The translations under genes and the position numbers were made by a program. A stretch of DNA of 64,000 nt. It comes from Sumerlaeia bacterium. Its GTDB lineage: Bacteria > Sumerlaeota > Sumerlaeia > SLMS01 > JAHLLQ01. The DNA lies in NCBI GenBank assembly GCA_040219255.1, contig JAVJSW010000068.1, positions 256,001 to 320,000 on the forward strand, written 5' to 3'. Shown piece after piece: positions 1 through 10,200 of this stretch (position 1 is the stretch's first letter; each line of letters starts with the position of its first letter). The notes beneath the pieces are model-generated. The model was not told the origin of the DNA. It saw nothing but the letters and a program-made list of their open reading frames with translations, and did no database searches.

Positions 1-158
1 GGGCGTCTTGCCCTGCGAAAAAATCGCTTCCGGCCGCCCCCGCCGCGCCACGCGCGCCAGGTCCACCTGGGCGAATCCAAGATCGGTCAATGCGGGATCG
101 GAGGGAATTGTCATGGTCAATCGTGCTTCATCGTGCGTCGGAAGGTGCATGGCGAGGC

Positions 159-184
159 GTTCGTCGTCCCGCCTTCAGGCGGAA
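159..184 (+). repeat. REP-like palindromic element (GTTCGTCGTCCCGCCTTCAGGCGGAA)
   Basis: Near-identical to 26509-26534 and to the reverse complement of 26678-26703; CCGCC-TTCA-GGCGG palindrome. Confidence 0.7.
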
Positions 185-315
185 CGGTGCGGTGCCGGGC
201 GCGTCGGACTTGCTTCGATTTCCGGCCCTCGCGCAAGTCGAATCGCCCGCCGCCAAAGGCCTCCTGGCTTCATCCAAGAAACTCTCCGATCGCGTCTCCG
301 CCCTCGCGCCCCGGC

Positions 316-1668
316 CTACAGCCCCCGCTGCCCCATCGCGTCCTCGATGGCCCGCAACGTATAGAGCGTCCCCGTGGCCAGCACCGACTTGGCGCCGGGG
401 GCTTCGGCGGCTTGCTGCACGGCTTCGGCGAGGCCGGGCGCTTCGATGGCGAGGAGGCCTTCGGCGCGGGCCGCTTCCGCCAGGGCGGCGGCTTTCGCGC
501 CCCGGCCGCCAGGCACTTCGTAGCACACGGCCTGGAAAATCGCGTCGTGCGGCGCGCTCGTCAGCAGCGCGTGCAGGAACTGGCGCGCGTCCTTGTCCGC
601 CTGCATCCCCCACAGCAGCACATAGGGCCCCGGCGCCACGCCGGCCACATGCTCCAGCGCTTCGCCCAGCGCCCGGGCGCTGGTGGGGCAATGGGCGCCG
701 TCGATCACCAACCCCGGCGGCCCGGGGAAAACCTCCAGCCGGCCTCGCCAATCCAGCGCCCTCAGCCCCCGCGCCAGCACCTCGGCCCGCAACGGCCCCC
801 GCCCCGCGTCGCGCAGAAACCGGTCCGCCATCGCCACCGCCACGCCCAGGTTGCGCGCCTGATGATCGCCCAGCAGCGGCAACATCGCCGTCGCTTCCTC
901 GCCCGTGGGCAGAGTCACCCGCACCCGCTGACCCACCGGCCGGCGGTTCAGGATCTCGACCGGCGCCGGGGCCAGCATCGGCGCCCCCACCTCCGCCGCG
1001 CGCGACACGATGACCCGGTGCGCGTCGTGCTGGATCGGGGTGCGCGCTTCAAACACCACCACCGGCACGCGGGGTTTGATGATGCCCGCTTTCTCGCGGG
1101 CGATCAGGGCGATGTCGTCGCCCAGGAGCCGCGTGTGATCCCGCCCGATGGGCGTGATCGCGCACACCGCCGGCTCCACCACGTTCGTGCAATCCAGCCG
1201 CCCCCCCAGGCCCACTTCGTACACCGACGCCTCCACGCCCTCGTCGGCGAACAATCGGAACGCCAGCGCCGTCAAGCACTCGAACACCGTGCGGAAGGCT
1301 CCATCCTTCGCCTGTCCGCCTTCGACCCGCTCGCGCGCATGGGGCGCGATCAGCCCCTCCAGCGCTTCCTCGAATTCCGCCAGCGTCAGCGCCGCCCCGC
1401 CCACGCGAAAACGCTCGCCGTAATGCTCCAGATGCGGCGACGTATAGAGCCCCGTCCGCATCCCCGCGCCGCGCAGGATCGCCTCCACCATGGCCGCCGT
1501 GGACCCCTTGCCCTTCGTCCCCGCGATGTGCAGCGCCCGCGTCGCCCGCTGCGGATTGCCCATCGTCTCCAGCCACCGGCGAAAACCCTCCAGATCATAC
1601 GCCTCCGCCGTATAGGCGCGGGCGGCGGGCTGGCGTTCGAGGTCGATCAGGCGGTCGAGCAGGGTCAT
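316..1668 (-). CDS. folC: folylpolyglutamate synthase/dihydrofolate synthase
   Basis: HIAGTKGKGST P-loop, GLYTSPHL, TVFE, EVGLGGRLDCTN, DH..LLG, IAREKAGI, GRLE, DGAH motifs; start set at MTLLDRL. Confidence 0.93.
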   Translation of the reverse strand: MTLLDRLIDLERQPAARAYTAEAYDLEGFRRWLETMGNPQRATRALHIAGTKGKGSTAAMVEAILRGAGMRTGLYTSPHLEHYGERFRVGGAALTLAEFEEALEGLIAPHARERVEGGQAKDGAFRTVFECLTALAFRLFADEGVEASVYEVGLGGRLDCTNVVEPAVCAITPIGRDHTRLLGDDIALIAREKAGIIKPRVPVVVFEARTPIQHDAHRVIVSRAAEVGAPMLAPAPVEILNRRPVGQRVRVTLPTGEEATAMLPLLGDHQARNLGVAVAMADRFLRDAGRGPLRAEVLARGLRALDWRGRLEVFPGPPGLVIDGAHCPTSARALGEALEHVAGVAPGPYVLLWGMQADKDARQFLHALLTSAPHDAIFQAVCYEVPGGRGAKAAALAEAARAEGLLAIEAPGLAEAVQQAAEAPGAKSVLATGTLYTLRAIEDAMGQRGL

Positions 1669-1712
1669 GGGAAAAGGGACAATCGGGACAATGGACGAGG
1701 GGGTGCAGGGTT

Positions 1713-2360
1713 TCAGGCGGGAGGCTGGGCGGATTTGTACGTGGTCCAGGTCGGCTTGTAATCGTCCTGGGCCTGATTGCCCCAGGCTGCCCACCCGGGC
1801 CGCGTTCCCCGGGCGAACAGCTCCAGGTACGGCCCCGGACTGCACGCTTCGATCACATCGTAAAGCTCCCCCGGTTTGCGCGAATGCTCCTGCTTGCGCG
1901 TCGCCAGCAGATTCACCTGGCTGCGCCCCGGCGGCAACGTCCGCGCGTTCTTGCCCCGCACGCCAAAGAGCACCATCTCCGTCACATTCCGGAAATAGAA
2001 TCCCACCCCGCGCCCATCCGGCCCGCCGTCCTTGCGCACCTTGTACCAGATCAGGTTCGTCTTGTACTGAAATCCCCAGGCCCTCAGGACCTGCAGCCCC
2101 TCGGGCATCAGCGCGTTGGGCACCCACAGGTACAAATGCGCCGGCTCGGCCAGATGATCGCCCACCGGCAGGGCGCACAACTCCTCCAGCTCCATCGTCT
2201 CGTAGCGCCGCAATCGCCCGTGCTCCGGCGCCATCTTGCCGGTCCGGTTCTCGAAACGCCACGGCGGATCCGCCAGCACCGTCTGGAACGGCCCCCGGGC
2301 CGTGGCGAAGCGCCGAAAACTGGCGGCGGTTGGCTCCAGGGGACCACTCTCTCGGGTCAT
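1713..2360 (-). CDS. MT-A70 family SAM-dependent adenine methyltransferase
   Basis: LADPPW catalytic motif, HLYLWVPN, WGFQYKTNLIW, RNVTE, HSRKP, LELFAR. Confidence 0.9.
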   Translation of the reverse strand: MTRESGPLEPTAASFRRFATARGPFQTVLADPPWRFENRTGKMAPEHGRLRRYETMELEELCALPVGDHLAEPAHLYLWVPNALMPEGLQVLRAWGFQYKTNLIWYKVRKDGGPDGRGVGFYFRNVTEMVLFGVRGKNARTLPPGRSQVNLLATRKQEHSRKPGELYDVIEACSPGPYLELFARGTRPGWAAWGNQAQDDYKPTWTTYKSAQPPA

Positions 2361-2561
2361 GTTCCATCCTCGCAGGGGGTCGCGGACGCGCCAAGCTTTC
2401 CGCTACAAACCCCGTCCTAACCTTTGTCGTCAAGACCCCGCTCCGGGTTTCTTGCGGCACCCGCCGTTTCTTGCGGCACCCGCCGCCCTTGCCGGTCGTC
2501 CTCCCAAACATTCCGCCCCCGCCGCCCCGACTCCAGCGCCCCCAAACCCGTTGTCTGTTTA

Positions 2562-2640
2562 GTCTGATAAGTGTATTTTGTCTTTCTTTCTCCCGAAGCT
2601 CCACATGAGGGGACAAACCGCCGGGCCTGTGCGAGGCTCC
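2562..2640 (+). repeat. Dispersed ~80-bp intergenic element family A, copy 1
   Basis: GTCTGATAAGTGTA...CCACATGAGGGGACAAAC...GCCTGTG.GAGGCTCC; matches 31607-31685, 17176-17256 and 53355-53440 (reverse). Confidence 0.8.
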
Positions 2641-2845
2641 TTTCACCTCGCCGGAAACCCCGGCCGCCTCAGGAGCCTTTCCATCATGACCGCCACCCGC
2701 CTCTCTCCTTGGAACTCCCGGCGCCTTGCCGGCGCCCCTGGCCACTCCGGACCCGTGGCCCTGACGAACCGGCCAGGTTGTGCCAGAATTTTGCTCAGCA
2801 TTCGGCCCGGCGCCGTCGCGCCCCAAAGGAGCGACCCCTCCCGTC

Positions 2846-3058
2846 ATGACGGATATTGGAAAAGCCCTCTTCATCTCCGGCCTCGCTCTGGCGGCCCTGG
2901 GCGGCCTGCTGTGGCTTCTCGGCCGCGCCGGATTCCAGGGCCTGCCGGGCGACATCTCCTTTCAGGGCGAGCGCGTCAAAGTGGTCTTCCCCATTGTGAC
3001 CTGTCTTGTCCTCAGCCTTCTCTTGACCTTGATTTTGAACCTGGCGGGACGCCGATGA
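2846..3058 (+). CDS. DUF2905 family small membrane protein
   Basis: MTDIGKALFISG...LPGDI....VFPIVTCLVLSLLLT pattern with two TM helices; ATGA overlap with next gene. Confidence 0.85.
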   Translation: MTDIGKALFISGLALAALGGLLWLLGRAGFQGLPGDISFQGERVKVVFPIVTCLVLSLLLTLILNLAGRR

Positions 3059-4227
3059 ACGAACCGAACGACACCCAAGACCCCACACGCGACGACGTCG
3101 ACGAACTTCGCGCCCGCCTCTTTCCCAAGCGCCCGCGCCGCAAGTGGCCCCGATGGACCCGCATACTCGTGTCTTTTCTCCTGGGCATCAGCCTGCCCTT
3201 CACATTCCTCGTCTTCATGGGGGCTTGCGTGTATTCCGCTCCGCGCTACCAGGGACCCGTCACCGATCACTTCGACGGCAAGAAATTCTTCAACCCCGGC
3301 GTCGATCTCGACGCCGAGCGCGACGGCGGCTTCTGGAAATGGAAGCTCACCGGCGAACCCGGTGAGTGGGATGACTTCCGCCCCGCCGAACCGGGCGCCC
3401 GCCCCCCCGAGCGCGCCGCCCCTGGCGACATGCGCGTCACCTTTATCGGCCATGCCTCCGTTCTCCTCCAGATCGACGGCGTGAACCTGCTCCTCGACCC
3501 CATCTGGAGCGACCGCGCCAGCCCCGTCGGTTTCGCCGGACCCAAGCGCCGCCGCCCCCCCGGCCTGCGCTTCGAGGACCTGCCCCCCATCGACGCCGTC
3601 CTGATCAGCCACAACCACTACGACCACCTCGATCTGCCGACGCTCGAACGTCTCGCCCAGGCCCACGATCCGCTCTTCGTGGTCCCGCTGGGCAACGACC
3701 TCCTGCTGGCCAAACACGGCCTCACCAAGGCCAAAGCCCTCGACTGGGACGATGCCATCGAGGTCGCCCCCGGCGTCACCGTCACCGCCACCCAGGTCCA
3801 GCACTGGTCCGCCCGCGGACTCTCCGACCGCTACGCCACCCTCTGGTGCGGTTTCGCCATCCAGGGCGCCGACGCCGGCACCGCCTACTACGCTGGCGAC
3901 ACCGGCTATGGGCCCTTCTTCGCCGACACGGCGGAGAAGTTCGGCCCGATCCGCCTCGCCATCCTCCCCATCGGAGCCTATCTGCCCCAATGGTTCATGG
4001 CTCCCTCGCACCAATCGCCCCAGGAAGCCGTCACCGCCCACCACGTCCTCAAAGCCGGCAAGAGCCTCGCCGTCCACTTCGGCACCTTTCGCCTCGCCGA
4101 CGATGGCCAGGACGAACCGGTCGAAGGCCTGATGGAAGCCCTCGCCGCCGACGACCTCATCGGCCCCGAAGACTTCTGGATTCTGGAGTTGGGCGAGGGG
4201 CGAGACGTGCCGCCCCTCGCCCCTTGA
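3055..4227 (+). CDS. MBL-fold metallo-hydrolase (NAPE-PLD/RomA-like) with N-terminal TM segment
   Basis: FIGHAS, LLDPIWSDRASP, SHNHYDHLD, QHWSAR, AGDTGY, LPIGAY, HFGTF motifs. Confidence 0.9.
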   Translation: MNEPNDTQDPTRDDVDELRARLFPKRPRRKWPRWTRILVSFLLGISLPFTFLVFMGACVYSAPRYQGPVTDHFDGKKFFNPGVDLDAERDGGFWKWKLTGEPGEWDDFRPAEPGARPPERAAPGDMRVTFIGHASVLLQIDGVNLLLDPIWSDRASPVGFAGPKRRRPPGLRFEDLPPIDAVLISHNHYDHLDLPTLERLAQAHDPLFVVPLGNDLLLAKHGLTKAKALDWDDAIEVAPGVTVTATQVQHWSARGLSDRYATLWCGFAIQGADAGTAYYAGDTGYGPFFADTAEKFGPIRLAILPIGAYLPQWFMAPSHQSPQEAVTAHHVLKAGKSLAVHFGTFRLADDGQDEPVEGLMEALAADDLIGPEDFWILELGEGRDVPPLAP

Positions 4228-4230
4228 GCC

Positions 4231-7200
4231 TCACGGGCACGGCCGCGCGGGGCGCTTCCACTCCGCCAGGAACGGGCTCACGAACCCGTCCACCGAGATG
4301 AACTTGCCGCCGAAAACCAACCCCGGGCCATCGCCCGAATCGTAGGTCTCCATCGCGAACGCCGAATCCGAGAACCGCATTCCTGTCGTGCCCAGCACAC
4401 TCTTCCACTCGGTGCCATTCCAACGAGCCCCGTTGATCGCGGTCCCGACCGGCAGGAGGAACAGAGAACCGACAGCGTACAGCTCCGGCCCTTCTTCGTT
4501 ATCGAAGACGTGGAACGCGGTCGCCGTCTGATTCTGGCCGCCCACGTCGGTCCAGCGGCTGCCATTCCAGCGCGCCATCCCGGCGAAATTCAGCCCGCCC
4601 GCCCGATTGAACGTGCCGGAAACGACAAGCTCCGGTCCCGCACCGCTGTCGTAAACCGCCAGCGCACTGACCGCCGTGTTGGCAACCGTGTTCGCCACCA
4701 CACCGCCGTCCACGCCTCGCCATTGCGAGCCGTCCCAGCGGGCCAGCGCCAGGATCGCTTTGCCCCCGATTTCCGTGAATCGGCCCCCGATATACAACTC
4801 GGGTCCATTGCCCGCGTCGAAGATGGTGAACTCGTTGCCGACGCCGCCGCTGCCCATGCCGCCGCCGACGCCACTCCACTCGAAACCATTCCAGCGGGCG
4901 ATGCCCACCGCATCGATGCCATTCGGCCCGCCGACCTTGTCGAAATCGCCCGCCACGTAGAGCGCCGGTCCCGATCCGTCATCGAACACCAGCATGGCGT
5001 TCACCGTGTCGCCGCTTTGGCCGAGGCCGCCGCCGACGCTCTGCCAGACGGTACCGTCCCACCGTGCGATGGAGTTCGACGGCTCGTCGGAACCGAGCAG
5101 ATCGAAGGCTCCACCCAGGTAGAGCGTCTCCGTCAGACCGTCGTCGAACGCCGCAAAGCAATTGCCACGGAACTGACCCCGGCGTTCGAACTGGAAACCG
5201 CCGATGGGGTCGAAATCCGTGCCGTCCCATCGCGCCACAAAGGCCGAAGCCTCCTGCCCCGCATGGATGAACTCGCCGGTCACGTACAGGTCATCCCCTC
5301 CACCATCGTCCCACGCGAACAGGCCGTGCACGGTGTCGTTGACGCCTCGGCCAACCGGAAGGGACTCGGTGCCATCCCAGGAACCGAGGTAGCGCCAGCG
5401 CAACTCCTCCGGCCCCTGCATCGAACCGCCAATGTAGAGGCGCTCGTCGCCGCCCGGATCGTAGGATTCCATCGCTGTCACGCCCGAGTCGAACACCGCC
5501 GTGCTGATCACCACCGCCGGTTCCGCGATCCAGTCGCTGCCGTTCCAGTAGGCCACCTTCTGTGTCGTCTCGCCATCCACCATGGTAAAGGTGCCGATCG
5601 CGGCCAAGCGGTTCGAGCCGCCGATATTGGTTTCGGCGATCTGGCGGATCAGGGCGTTCGTTCCTCCGCCAAGCGCCGACCACGTCAAGCCGTTCCACTT
5701 GGCGATGTTGTTCGCCGGATTGCCCCCCGCCATGTCAAAGTTCCCCGCCGCGAAAAGCGCCGGGCCCGAACCGTCGTCCCACACATCGAGGTCATAAGCC
5801 CCGGCGCGGATGCCACTGGTGCTGGTGAATCCGGCGAGCCCCGAGCCGAGATTCGTCCACGAAGCGCCGTCCCACTTGGCGATGCCAGCGATGGGCTGGC
5901 CGCCGATGCTCTCGATCCAGCCGGACACGTAGAGGTCGCCATCGAAGGACTCCAGGTCCTCGATGCGGAGGCTGGCGGGCACCGAGTGACCGAACTCGCC
6001 GCCCACCGGAGTCAGCGTCGCCCCATCGTATTTCGCCACGCCGCGATAGAAGGTCGAATTGATCGTGAAGCCGGTTCCGCCGATAAAGAGCGCCACGCCC
6101 GAGCCATCGTCGTGGGCCACCATCTCGGTCGGCGGCAGACCGAGACCGATAAGCCCCGGGGCGAGGGTCCAGCGTTCCTCAGCCGGATCCCATTTCAGGA
6201 TGCCCCTCCCCCCATTGCGCAGCGCACCGAGCGCGTACAGCGCTTCTCCGCCGCCCAAATCGGCGACGGCGAAGTCCTGGATGCCAGCGGTGCTGGTGAG
6301 GCCGAAGGGCCGATAATCCCGTCCATCCCACGCCCAGGTGTAATTGTCCGTGCCCACGACCAGAACCGGCTCGCCATCGAATTCGTAAGGGTGAATCGCC
6401 CGCACGATATCGAGGGGGTTGGGCAGCGGAAAGCGGCCCGGTGTGAATTGCTCGGGGCATAGCGGCCGCAGAACCACATCGCCCAGATCCGTCGTGCCCC
6501 CCGCCACCACCGGGAAGGGATCGAGAGTGGCGGCGAGGGTGGCGCCGTCGATCTCGTCGTTGACGACCAATTTCACGTCGCCGAACTCGCTGGGGACTTG
6601 CGTGAAGGTGAAGACGCCGGAGGCGTCGCTCGTGCCCATGACGAATTCCGCCTCAAGGGAAGGAATCCGCAGCGCGAGTTCAACGCCGGGGGCAGCCGAG
6701 TTGTCGTCTTCCAGAATCAGACGGCCAGTCACCGTGCTCGCCAGGTTGAGCTGATAGGCGGTGAAGCTCCATTCGAGCGCCGCGCCCGTCGGATTACCGT
6801 TGGCATAGGCGAGCGGTTCTTGCAGCGACACGCGGTACTCACCGGTCGGCAGGGCGCCGGGGAAGCTCATGAAGGCGGTCCGGGTGGCTTCCTCATAGCC
6901 GGCCACGCCGGTACGCACCGGGGTGTCGTCGGCGCTGTGGAGCACTCCGTCCGCCCCCGCGTTGAACAGTTGGAAGCTGTTGAGATTGACCGACGCGGGA
7001 TCGAGGGCCTGCGGGAAGACCGCCTCGACCCGCGTGACCGCGGAGACGAAACCCTCTGGCGCGATGCTGGTCACGTTGGGCGGGTTTGGATTCCCCGCGG
7101 TCAGGTTCCAGGTCGAACTGATGGCGCGCACATTGCCCGCCAGATCGCTCGCCGTGCCGCCAAGCACCGCCCGCACCCGGTCATTGCGGACCGGATTGGC

Positions 7201-10200
7201 TGCGAAATCGAAGACGATCGCGTTCAGCGACGCTTCATAGCCAAGCGTACCGGGCACCAGGATATCGTCGGCCGTTCCGGTGGAGCGGTCGGCTCCGTCG
7301 CGAACCAGGCTGAAGGAAATGTTGCCCAGGCTCGCGGGCACCACCGGCTCGTTGAACCCGGCCTGAATGCGCGAGAGCGGATTGGAGACCGAGGCGCTCG
7401 GTTCGGGATTCCGCCAGGCGATCACCGGACCGTTCACGTCGCGGTACTCGAACGTCCAGATGATCGGATCGGCCAAGGCGTTGCCAGCCTGATCGCGGAT
7501 TCCAGCGGGCAAGGTCACCCGGTAGATGCCGAACAGAAGAGGGTCTTCGAGGCCGATCGCCAGCGTCCCCGAAAGAGCCGAGGCATCGACCGAGGCCACC
7601 GCCGCGAAACCGTCGTCCCCGGTGTCGAAGGTGCCATCGGGTCCTTGGCCGCGCACCTCCACGGCGCCGGGTTGGATGTCAGCACCCTGCAGCGGTTCGT
7701 TGAAGATGGCCGTCAGGCCACTGACCGTGGTGGTGATAACGCTCTCGTCCGCGGGGAGGGTGAAGAGCAACTGAGGGGCGAAAACGTCGTCGGTCACGCC
7801 GACGGTGCTCGTCTCGCTGACGGTTGCGTTTCCGCCAGTATCAACGGCGCGAACGTGGAAGGTGAAGGTGGATTGGGCGCTGGCGAACGGCGCCCGGAAT
7901 TCGTACTCGTAGGGAGCCGTGCCATCGGTCAGGCGCAGAATGCCATCGCGGTGGAACTCCACGTTTCGCACCTGCACGTCGTCCGAGACCAAGGCACGGA
8001 TGCGGACCGGGCTGCGCTCCTCGACCTGCGGGTTGGCTCCCTTGACGGCGAAGTTCGTGTCGAGCGTCAGCACAGGTGGCGTATCGCCCAGGTCGGGCTC
8101 GAGGTAGCGGATGACCTGAAGTCCCGCCTCGCCGTCCGCCACATAGATCAGGCCATTGGCCAGGGCGATGCCGCGGGCGATGCCCGGCGTCACGAAGGAG
8201 GTCAGTGGCTTCTCTGAATCCGTCGGGTTCGACCAATCGTAGAGATCGACGTTGTGCGGGCCATCGGCGGTGCTGTTGGGCCCTGTCGCCACGACGCCGA
8301 AGCCATTGCCGTCGGGATAGCTGTCGAGCCAGCCGAAGGCGTCCGTTTCTGGCTGATCGGCCAGGACGGGTTCGAGCGGGTTGGCGAGGGTGAACAGGTT
8401 GTAGCCCTTGGAGAAGGTCGTGGCCAGCAGGGTACCGTCGGTCCGGATGCGGGCGCGCCCCAGGCTCCCAACCCCCGCATCATTTCGCAGCCCAGGAAAG
8501 GTGGAGACGACTTCGAGAACGGGGTCGAGAAGCAAGACGTGGATGTCGGTGCCCTCGCGCGCGTACAGCAGGCCCCGCGAAATCGTCACGTCCCTGACTT
8601 GCTGCTGGCCGACGGTCAGGGTCTGGACGATCTGGCCGCTGGCGAAGTCAACGGCGTGGATCGTTCCCCGGTTGGTGCCCGCATAGACCCGGTCGCCCCG
8701 CACGGCGAGGGACGTCACACTGGCGCTGCCCATCGTCGAAGTCGATATCTGGTGAATAATCCGGTCTCCGGAGACACCGGACGAATCGATGAGCGACAAC
8801 CCCGCGCCGCCCACGCCGGCGGCAGCCCGCCGCCGATCCGCCGCCAGGACTTGTGGTGTGGCGGGCAAGGCCACCTGGCCCACCAATTGGGGCGCCATGC
8901 CGCCAAAGGCGTTGAAGATCAACAGACCGGCTTTTTTATCGATCAGGAAAACGCGGCCGTCGCTGGTGGCCGCTTCGAAGACGTTTCCCGGCGTATCCAC
9001 GGAGGCCACGATGCCCACCGGAAGCGAGGAAATCTCGGCCGGATCGAGGCCCTGCTGAACCTCGGCGGCGTCGCTGATGCCGTCGCCGTCCGAGTCGGGA
9101 TCATTGGCGAGGGTGCCGACGATGAACTCGGCGTCGTCGGGCAAGCCGTCGCCGTCGCTGTCGGGCTCGGTGGAGGGCTCGTAGAGCAGGGCCGGAATGC
9201 TTGTCAGCTCGCCCGAGCCGGCGGTATGCACCGGCGCCGACACGGTGAAAAAAGTCACTGGATCGAGCCACGAGGCGATGAAGTTCGTGTCCGCCGGCAG
9301 CACCAGGTTCAGTGGCGTTCCGCCGAATTCGTTGTAGGCGCGAATCGGAGGCGCCGACCGGTTGTCCACGTTACGCAACACGACGTAGTAAGGCTTGTAT
9401 CGCGCATCCTGGCTCGGCTCGATCAGGGTTTCCTGCAAGTCCTCGATGACGGAATAGAGCCCGCGGCGGACTGCTTCGCCGAGCGTGCCTTGGTCCTGGG
9501 CGCCCTTCAGGCTCGATCCCCCACCGGAACCCCAGCGGTCGAGAATTGCCTGCGCCGCGTTGTCCAGCGCCACCAGACGCGCCTCGAAGTCAGCCAGATC
9601 GATGAAATCGGTGTTCATCCCCGGCGGAATATCGTCCACCGAGATCCAGCCATTACCCCAGTAATCCAGCGTCCGGTTCCACCGGTCGATGCGGGCCTGC
9701 ACGATGGCGGGTGTGATGTGCGCCGGCAGGTCCAGCGCCAGAATGGCGGCCGCTTCCTCCGCCGTGATCGGCGTGGCCTCCATGTCCGGGCCGTCCTGTG
9801 CGGCGTCGAAGGCCTCGGCCAGCACCATCATCTTCATGCGGTCTTCGATGGCGACTTCTTCGAGCCATTCACGGTCGCCATAGAAGCTCTGGATCGCCGT
9901 CGCGATGATGCCCAGTTGCGTTTGCAGGAACGCGATCTCCGCGTCCAGCCGCGCCAGTTCGGACTCCGAAAGCCCCTTGCGGCCCCCGCATGCGGCGATG
10001 GCCTGGCGCACGTTGTCCAGGCAATCGAAGGCGTTCCAGAGTTGGCCCACGATGGGCGTGCTGCTGATGGCGCAACCAATCACGCTGCCGATGGCGCCCT
10101 TCGTCAGCGCCCAACCACAGCCGCCCGCCGTGGCGCCGCCGTTCTGGGAAATGTCCGCCGAGCAATTGCGCGCCGCCGACGTCGCGTTACCCACGATGCC

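Noticed and set aside
316-2955. 879-aa ORF read as a FolC fusion overlapping the MT-A70 gene
   Set aside because: The N-terminal ~430 aa are low-complexity Arg/Gly/Ala from an alternate frame. FolC similarity starts at 1668, and long open frames are expected in GC-rich DNA.
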